Source: Phoronis australis | Taxonomy: Eukaryota > Animalia > Phoronida | Assembly (NCBI GenBank): GCA_002633005.1 | Contig: NMRA01000686.1 | Span: 62,001 to 126,000 of the forward strand | DNA length: 64,000 nt | Direction of reading: 5' to 3' | In this document: one piece after another, positions 55,090 to 64,000 of the stretch | Layout: each line of letters begins with the position of its first letter | How positions within the stretch are numbered: the stretch's first letter is position 1 | Notes under the pieces: generated by a model | The model's database searches: none | What the model was told of the DNA's origin: nothing | The model's input: only the letters and a program-made list of their open reading frames with translations | Made by a program: the position numbers and the translations under genes

Positions 55090-55567
55090 AGTTAAACCTG
55101 GGTCTGACCAAGTCTAAAGTTAAACATAGTTTAAGATCTTAATACAGGTCTAAAGGATATAGATCTCGTTGGTGAAATGAAAACTGACATAGACCAGGTC
55201 TAAACTGGAGTTAAACCAGGTTTTACAAGACCACTGGTCTAAAAGTTATACCACCTTTATGAAATGCAGATTATCATTAAACCTGGTCTTAGTCCAGTTT
55301 AAACCAGGTTTAACTTTAAACCACCTTTATGAAATCGGCTGCAATAGTTTCTTTGTTGGGTTTACCCAGCTCGTTACAGTGGGGTGCCTTTGATACTTTA
55401 AACCTGGTTTTACTGAACCAGCTCGCTAGTCTAGCAAAACCAGGCTTTCAGACTCTTAAATCATGTTGGTGAAATGCAAGTCAGGTCTAAAACTACATCA
55501 GGTTTACGAAGATCAGGTTTAAGTTATAAACCTGGTTTTTTTTAAACCACCTTCATGAAATCGGCTG
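55090..55567. repeat. taaacc(a/t)ggttt-rich repeat, Harbinger-like MITE remnant
   Basis: Recurrent aaacctggt/accaggttt words and repeated ccaccttt/catgaaatcggctg ends. Confidence 0.5.
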
Positions 55568-56507
55568 ATGGCGTTTACAAGTAAGTCCAACTTTACCGCA
55601 AAACGTACACCATCAGGACTCGCGCGCACCGAATGAATAGCCTGAACAACGAGAAAAAAAAAACGCCAACCTCTCCTCTTGTGACAAATATGAGCAATTA
55701 AGAACGTTTCGGTCAATTTCAGTTTTTATTGGCGAAGGCAGACAGTTGAATTTAATGCAATATTTTATGCGCAAAAATATCCGGCAATAAATTTGAAGTA
55801 TATGTTAAATTGTATTTCAGTTCAAAGTTGGCGGACTTGGGTAATTGCATTATTCGGAAAAGAAGAAACTTGTCGCTGCCGAAAGCAAGCATGGGTCCTT
55901 TCCCAAGTGCATGACGTGATTGTGAAGACGTCTGGTGTCAGTTTTGCGAATTTACCATTAAAAACAGTGCTGGTGCAGACATAACAGAATAAATGAAACT
56001 GTCATGAACCAATTTATTTTAGTATTACGATTTTTGGGCCAAAAGTAAGAAATCTGCTTTTGTGTTATTTAGTAAAATAATTGATCACCGAAGTGGTTCT
56101 TGATGAAATGTTGATGCTGTACGAATGAATCATCAAACTCAACATATTGTGTGACTACTGCTCGCAAAAAGTTACAATGAGGTCCATTACAAAAAGAAGT
56201 TATATGGAGTTGAACAAAAATAAATAGAGAATCCTACACGACTCTCGTGTTTGTGACATGGGCAAATTAAAAATCTTGGACTTATCGTCAAAATCCCGAT
56301 GTACAGTTGTTTTTACGACCAGCCGAGCAGTATTGGTTTACGAAGTGTCCTGGGAATGCACATGCAGTGAAGAAGTGACTCTGTTTACTTTCACCAAAAA
56401 GGACATGTATTTTTGATGAGATATGTATCATGAGTGAATAATTCCCCAAAATCATTCTACATTTAAAACACATTCATTGCAGTCGAACTACAACACTCAT
56501 GCGATAC

Positions 56508-56609
56508 CTTGTTTACGGCGGTTACGTCACAGCTGTCTTCCATGGACAGAAGCTCCACTATCTCTGCATGTCCACCTGCTGATGCCTTGTGCAGCGGTGT
56601 CGCTCCCGA
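56508..56609 (-). CDS. Ankyrin-repeat exon (SGATPLHKASAGGHAEIVELLSMEDSCDVTAVNK)
   Basis: 102 nt, phase 0/0, cttacttcag acceptor, gtatc donor; GxTPLHxAxxxGHxxIVxLL consensus. Confidence 0.92.
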
Positions 56610-57870
56610 CTGAAGTAAGAGAGCAAAAATGAGAGAATGTTGGTCAGAATTATACACAGTGACAGGGTGTCAAGTTATATAATTATCCAGTAAAGAACTT
56701 CACCATCAGTTCCATACTTAAGAAATGGGTGGCTCAAAAGAAGTCGACTAAAACTTGACATTTTAAAACTCAGTCAAAACGTGAGCAAGATTTCTTAAAT
56801 GTTCTTGAGATATGTTGTAGTCACGTGATTAAAAATATTTTAAACATGATAACTTGATATTCTAAAATGATTACAACAGCGAGAGCGACATTTATTTAGT
56901 GAGTGATGTGGAAATCCAAGTAAAGAAGTAACCCATTGTACAACTCCGTGTGACTTAAAAAACTATTTCTAGGTATTAAAGTCGCGTCCACGTCACGTCT
57001 TTGCACGTCACGTCACGCACAGAGGAAAGCAAGAGAAAATATAAACGCTTACAACGAAATCATAAATGCTAATTAATTAATTAAATCGCCCAGCGATTGA
57101 TCTTAGACATGTCTTGTGTGCTCATCATCGTTGTTCTAATAACTAGTTCAACCATAGACTATAGTACATGCACAGCCAACTACGTAAATTTTCAATGTGC
57201 GACATATGTCATCTTATGTACGCTTCTTGCAAAGTCTCTTCTATACTGAATATTGATCCTATAAAAACATGATGGATACACGGAATTCCATGTGTGGGCA
57301 TTAATGCGTATGACTGGTCGAAAGTATACCTGTCACTTTGCAACCACTTGCACTGGACTTAGGCCCGGGTTCGAGGCTCCCTTGATTTTGTTCACTTCGA
57401 TAACTGAATGTTTTAAAAATTGTAACTATTCAAGTTAGAGGTGGTAGCCATACTACGTGACTGTGAACTGAAATGGGTTTCCAACATTTCAAACAATGGG
57501 AATGACTGAATGTTATAACGTCAGTTTCGTTACTTTAACCAGTGAGAAGCCATGATGAACAACGTATTAAGTTTACATAGTCCACGGGATTTTTCATTTT
57601 AAGCTTGAGTGCACGCTTGCGCAGCTTAAACTTTATGGAGTCTTAGTCCATGAAAATACCATCAACTGCATGTAGTGCCAAAATGATTTTTGTTGTAGTA
57701 GACAGTAAAATAATGCAAGAATTCCACGTCACAATACACTAACCATAAGCTGAGATGTTACGTTTAGAGAGTGGCACCTCCTCTTGGATAATGACCAAAA
57801 AATGTCAGAGTTGCAAATCTGTTGTCTATCATCTATAATTCAATAAAACGACATGTTTGCCATTAATTAC

Positions 57871-57969
57871 CTCCGCACGAACATTTACGTTGGCCCCGTG
57901 ATGAAGCAGTCGCTGTATCACTTGTGTATGACCCCGCTCTGCTGCCCTGTGTAGCGGTGTCTTGCCACA
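57871..57969 (-). CDS. Ankyrin-repeat exon (CGKTPLHRAAERGHTQVIQRLLHHGANVNVRAE)
   Basis: 99 nt, phase 0/0, tag acceptor, gtaatt donor; not in the ORF track, read from the sequence. Confidence 0.9.
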
Positions 57970-58153
57970 CTACATGTACATGTATGTAATATATAACGGA
58001 TATTTGTGAATGAACGATCAACGATTAGTGAAAATCAACATCCACGGACACAGTGAACTTGTAAGGTGGCGATTAAAAGCAGACGGTCATCAATTCGTTC
58101 TAACGAATTGACCTGTACAGGTAACTCGCACTGCATTGTCTCTACCAGCCTAC

Positions 58154-61100
58154 TAGGCCATGGGCCGTAGGCCACAGGAGGCCTAGAAAACCACTTCTGT
58201 GACGATTTTAGGGGGGCAATTTAATTCAGGTGTTTTTGATGTCACAAATCATTGTACTTTATGAATCAAAAAAGTTCCCAAGTTTAAACTTGCACATTTT
58301 TGTGAAACTTGGTGTTAAAATTGTGCCCATTCAGCAACTGTTACATGGAATTAAAAAACATTAGAAAAGAAGACAATTAAGTGTCCATAAAGGATGATAC
58401 TGCAGATAATATTCCTTCAGGCTGTATTAAGTCATAATAAACACAAACTTTGATATATTTTTCAATTAAAACGTAGAAGTATGGAAGAAATATGAATTTA
58501 TGGGTGCTACCTGGTGGTGAAATATGGAACTATCATTCATATTATTTTATGCTGTTTTTACCGTTGGTACAAAAACAATCACTGCTACAGGTTCAAAGCA
58601 TACAATTGTTCAAAAAACGACGACAAAAGTGTAGAATAGCAACAAATACAATTGGACGAAGTACAAAATGCCGAGAAATTAACAAGGTAAAAAGCCATTA
58701 CTCGAGAAGTAAATATGAAAATAAAAAATGTTTTACAAATCACCAGGCTCACTGGACCAGTTACTAGCCTGGTTTCTGTCTCTTGATGAGATGTCTATCC
58801 AATTTCCTCCGTCTGGGATGCGTCTGGGGTCCATCACACTGTTACTCATCACCTGACTCAATTTCATCACTAACGTTGACATTCCCACAGTTTTGGCACT
58901 TGCACATTTCAGTACATTTTAGTCCAGCATTTACAGAAGATCAAATGTTTGTTTAACAACAATTCACTCTGATTCAGTTTTGAACTAAGGAATTATAGAA
59001 TAGGGTAAATTCTCTGTAATTTCAATTTCGGATTTCTAGTTCGGACACATACATTACAACCACACTTGGATAAAAATTCCTCAAGGAGTGACTTTAACAG
59101 AGTCAAATGCAATACTTCCCCATGCGAGCTTGTTCGTTGCTACACAACTTCAAAGCAAAACTCTTGAAGTACATCTGTGAAAATTTCACTATCGTTAGAT
59201 TTCTGTTTTGTCAGTAGTCTTGTGAAGCTTTTGTAGCAAAAACGATGGATTTGACTTCGAGTGCAACCAGATCACTTCCCTGTACTCTGGTCAAAAGGTC
59301 CATGCCATTTCCAGTCATAGCAGCATCCAAAAACAACCCACCTACAACCAAGCAAATTAAAAATAAAAACGGTTGTCGGAGTTTAAAAATATGGAACGCA
59401 TTGTAGGCCTGTCCTACAAAATGATATATGCTATCATGTACTCAATTCTTTATTACAAGAACTGAATGGAAGTAAAATAATAATCAAAACACAGATAGTA
59501 AACACTCAAAATAAGACATGCATAAAGACGGCCTAGTGTTTTGTGCTCAAAAGTGAAAAAGATATCCATGAGCTTGTATGCAAAATGGTCTTGAAAACAA
59601 TTTTTTATTTGAAAGTTTACATAAAATATCAAATATGCACACAAGTCTTTACAAACATGCAAGTATTCTATATTGTACTTTCACTCAAATAAGTTTTGTT
59701 ATTTCAAAAAACACATAAAAGTAGAACTTTTGAAGATAGTGTTCCAACAACACTGTACAAAATTACTTTGAAAGCAAACGAAAAAAACTATGTTGAATGA
59801 GTAAAAACTCAATAAAAATGACTGTTCTCAAAATATTTGCTATGTGCTTTGTTATTCTTCAACCATATGTGTGAAGCTGCACCTACATCTGAAATTCAGG
59901 CACCTATTCACCTTTTAGCAAAACCTGAGAGTAAAAGTAGCTTGAAAATGTTAAAGGTGGTGCTCCAGATATACAATGTAGGTGCACTCTGTAGTCAATA
60001 ATTACATTATAGTAGAACTAGTGTAACTAAAACGACGAGCGTAGGTGGCAAAATATATTAAAATATCGCCACGTTTTGAGCAATGCGCTCTTTGTCAAGG
60101 GTGTGCTATGGACTACTTTATATTTTTATTCTTGTGTAACCACACGGCATACCAACATCTGTTTGATTTCAATAATGATGTTGATGACCAATCACCTGGG
60201 TCCAGTGCGTAATCTCCAAACTCAGACTCAAAGCCTAACTATCCACAGTGTACAATTCAAGTGAATTTACTAGAATTTTGGCATGCAATTGGTCAGTTTT
60301 CGAACTGAGCTTTGAGTATGGAGATTACCTCTCCTCCGGCTCCTGGATATTACAAAAAGTATAATTTTGATAGACATCTTGCACCATGCCCAGAGTTATG
60401 GTTACTGAAAAAATAACAATGTACACTGAAGAAAATGGTCATCTTTTTATTGGATTGTGTGCCTACGTGCATTTGAATGCCATATCACACGGGCCGATTA
60501 TTCAGTAAATTACTGTATATGGATGATCGATCCAAACACAAGCAGGCCAGACACATATTCCAGGGAACACAGTCTTTTTACGAGTTCCGCATATGAGGGT
60601 TTTCCAGTCAGTTTGTACCTTTGCCAACTCGCACCCTAGTCGAACCATACACGTGCTAAAAACATTACTAATAAATTTTCATTTTCATTCACTAAATAAA
60701 GGGTAAAAGTGAGTCGTTTTGCATAAATATGGCACGATTGATCGATGTTTGCCAAATTACAAAGTTTTGAAATACGTTTGAATTTTGACATGGGTACGTG
60801 TTGATTTTGGTATAAAATGACCTGTTTCCTGCTGAGGCTCTGAATCAGTGACTTGCATCAATTTATCATACTCCCACAACAAATTAACACTCACCATCAT
60901 CTTGGTCGTTATCATGGGGTTCTATTCTTGGAATACTTTATAGTTTCGAAATATTTTCTCTTTGCTCTTTCAATCTTTGCAACACCAGTACGCTTGTATA
61001 ACAAGATTTGTGAGACTACTGCCTGAAACCCACGGCCACGCCAATCCCTGAAGTTACTTGATGCAAACGCCAACTGGTGACACACATTGTGCTCATTGCT

Positions 61101-61509
61101 GTCTTCATCTCCAAGGGAAAGTCATTCTTTCACACAATCAATGCTCTTTGTCCATGTCACTTTCGAGAAACTCAGCAAATCAGATGAATTTCGTGCTTGA
61201 AAGTGTACGCAGCAATGATTGACAGCATCTCTAAAGGAGCCGCCATGTTAGATTAGGTCTGCAATTACTCAATTTCTGAGCTTGTGATTGGCTAAAATGT
61301 CATCTGGTGCTAGTCTTTTGTTGGACTTAGCGCTACCTCTTGTTCAATAACGTAACATTTGGACTGACAACAAAAATGTGTAACTTAAAACGTGGGAACT
61401 TTTCAGGTATCAATTGCTTAATGGTATATCTAGCCATACAGAAAAAAATCAAGTTGCCACCCTAAAATGGTCACATGATGAAATGACTGGAGCTAAGGCC
61501 CATGGCCTA
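58154..61509 (-). mobile_element. AcademX-type DNA transposon, internally deleted and decayed
   Basis: Termini TAGGCCATGGGCC...GGCCCATGGCCTA with longer imperfect TIR; 3-bp TSD TAC; remnants DLVALEVK/HRFCYKSF (~59220-59300, frameshifted) and C-terminal GLKCTEMCKCQNCGN Cys cluster (~58880-58930). Confidence 0.85.
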
Positions 61510-61677
61510 TACGCAGTTTCGACAGTTATCAAAAAGAAAAGCAGACTACATTTAATTTAACACTTTTATGGACACATTAGATTGTGAAAAACATCAACAA
61601 AATTTGTTTCCAATAAGTTGTAGTCATCGTTCTTTAAGCAACTAGTTCAACAAAACAACCTCCGTGTCATTAATTAC

Positions 61678-61776
61678 CTTATCAGTGACATTCACACTGG
61701 CCTTGTTGGCCAGTAGTAACTCCGCTATCCCTGTATGACCGAACTGTGCTGCCCTGTGCAGCGGTGTGCAGTCCAG
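61678..61776 (-). CDS. Ankyrin-repeat exon (LDCTPLHRAAQFGHTGIAELLLANKASVNVTDK)
   Basis: 99 nt, phase 0/0, catag acceptor, gtaatt donor. Confidence 0.9.
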
Positions 61777-62134
61777 CTATGTGATACATAATAGAGATAT
61801 GTTAATGGACGATCAACGTTGAGAGCAAATTAACATCCACGGGGAAAGTGACCTTCTCCCAAGGTCGCGTCAAAAAGCAGGGGACCTTTTTTGTTCAAAC
61901 AAATTAGGAACAGTTTAATTAACTTGCATTTTAATTCACATGTACAGGTGAGTAACACTGCCTCCGAGTCTATGGCGCTTTGGAGATTATCGAACGGAAA
62001 GCAGATGACAATCAATTTGACATTACTTAGGGACACTAGATTGTGGAAAATATCAACAGAAATGGTTCCACATCAGTTTAGTCATTGTAAACACCTAGTT
62101 CAATCAAACAATCTGTATGTCATTAATTACGTAC

Positions 62135-62232
62135 GTTATCATGGACATCAATTGTGGCCTTGTTGGCCACTAACAGCTCCACTATCTGTGAATGACCACC
62201 CTCTACCGCCCAGTGCAGCGGTGTCTGCCCCC
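62135..62232 (-). CDS. Ankyrin-repeat exon (GQTPLHWAVEGGHSQIVELLVANKATIDVHDN), 98 nt, one base short of phase 0/0
   Basis: catag acceptor followed by a G-run; gtacgt donor; full ankyrin consensus. Confidence 0.75.
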
Positions 62233-64000
62233 CTATGTAATACATAATAGAGATGTTTGAATGGACGATCAACGTTGAATGCAAATTACATGTAACATAC
62301 ACGGAGGAAAGTGAACTTGTACGGTGATAATCAAAAGCAGACGGTATTCAATTTGCTTTAACGAATTCAGGACACTTTAGTGGGCTAAAACATCATTTCA
62401 CCAGTTCAGGTAAGTCACACCGTATTGTTTATCCAAATCTAGGCAGCTTTGGAAGTTATTGAGGCGAAAGCAGACGACATTTAATTTGGCAATATTTAGG
62501 GTCATTGAATTATGAAAAATATCAACAAAATCTGAGCTATGTCCCAATAAAACATGGATGTCTTCAAACTAGGTGTACACCTTACTTGGATGACAACCAA
62601 CAAGTTGAGAAGCAAACGCCACCTTTAGGTATCCATTTATATTTAAACAATCAGCTAAATTGGTTGCTCCATCGGGAGGGGAAAACAGTGATGAGTCGTG
62701 AAAAAGTTAGTGGCGTTATGAAACCAGAAGCTGTTCAACCTGTTGGATAAATTTCACACCCAAAGGGTGAATAAGATGGTTGTAAAAAGTTAATACATCT
62801 GGCGATGAAAATAAAGCCAAGGATGAAACACAGGCATGAGTTTGGTGGTACATGTAGTCATAGACTATAGTACATGGACCGCCAACTCTGTATACTGTGC
62901 TTTCAGTGGACGAAATCTGTGCCGTTTTGTACAAGCCCCGTTACGTCATTATTCACTAACGTCACGTGGCCAAATTATCTAGTGTAATTACCGGCACGTA
63001 CGTCGTCTGCTAATCATAGTCAGTCGTTATGGGACGGTTTGGAAATCCAGTTTTACATTTTATGAACTTTACCGTAGTTGGCTACAGAATGACCCTATTT
63101 TATAAAAACTAGCAACGCCGACAAACGTCTACACAAATTGCACCATGTGCAGCTCCTGGTTTAAACAAGGGCCTTTTTAAAGTTTGATCAGGTATAAATA
63201 ACGCCACAGACGTGGAAGTTCACCGAAATACTTCTACCTCACACATGTGAAATTCCCCCGTCTCCGAAAACTTGAGAACCCGACAAAAATAATAATGATG
63301 AAATACCGGTGATGATAATCTTACACTTTGTTAATTTACTTCACCTACACAATTAGGAATATACGCTAAAAATAAACTCATTCGAGTAAGAGCCACGTGA
63401 GTCCCTAGGCCAACCCCAATATGGTAGAACCAAGAAGTGTAGTAGTATAGGGGAGTTCACTTGTGAGTTCTCTGTTACCGCAAATACTAGCGCCACCAAG
63501 TGGTGAACAAGATTTCCTAAGGATCCAGAAAGGTAAGGATTATCTGTTATTCAATAATATGATACATTGCCTTTCATTTTGTGTGTTCTGCGCACGGCTG
63601 TTAGACAAGTCGATCGCAGTCCCGTTGCCACTGTTGTCTGCAGTGTAGGCTAGGCCTACTGTACAGCCGGGCTGCCGTTGAGACCTACATGATTAACCTA
63701 CGATGTGATCTTCAGTTTTTTGGATACTTACAATCAATGAATGCCAAATCAAAATGTCACAAGAACGATTGCCAGACGATTGTTTCTGGGTTTGTTTAAA
63801 AGGTAGCTAGAATGTATGCTTTGAGATTGTGCGTAGATGGAGAGTGAATGATCAAATCCAGTAATTAATTTATTATATGATAACCCCTAATTAGACAAAT
63901 GAAACCTACTGTTAATTAAGTAATCAACTACAAAGAGTAACTACGCTAGCGCCCTCTTAAAGATTACTTTAATCAAACAACCAAAACAATCTAATGTCTT

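Noticed and set aside
63732-63786. Candidate upstream minus-strand exon with a gtaagt donor
   Set aside because: Weak acceptor and no recognisable protein motif

Overview
Repeat-rich, intron-rich animal genomic DNA. The AT-rich composition and transposon repertoire resemble a marine invertebrate, but this is inference and the species cannot be determined. The main feature is a minus-strand multi-exon gene (~62232 to 34905, 5' end not resolved) joining N-terminal ankyrin repeats to a FAM111-like trypsin-fold serine protease with an intact His/Asp/Ser triad. Each ankyrin repeat is a separate ~99-bp exon, and three of them sit in recently duplicated ~450-bp exon+intron cassettes. The terminal exon carrying the catalytic serine is present twice, probably as two haplotypes joined at an 'n'. 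A convergent plus-strand gene (~10166-22781) encodes a probable GPI-anchored or membrane protein with SEA-like modules and may be partly disabled. The rest is transposon-derived: an AcademX deletion derivative, two inverted ISL2EU-like elements, Helentron/HINE arrays, Penelope and LINE fragments, Harbinger-type and palindromic MITEs, and tRNA-derived SINE heads. TACATGTA octamers are abundant and look like Tc1/mariner excision footprints. All calls are by eye and no database searches were run.
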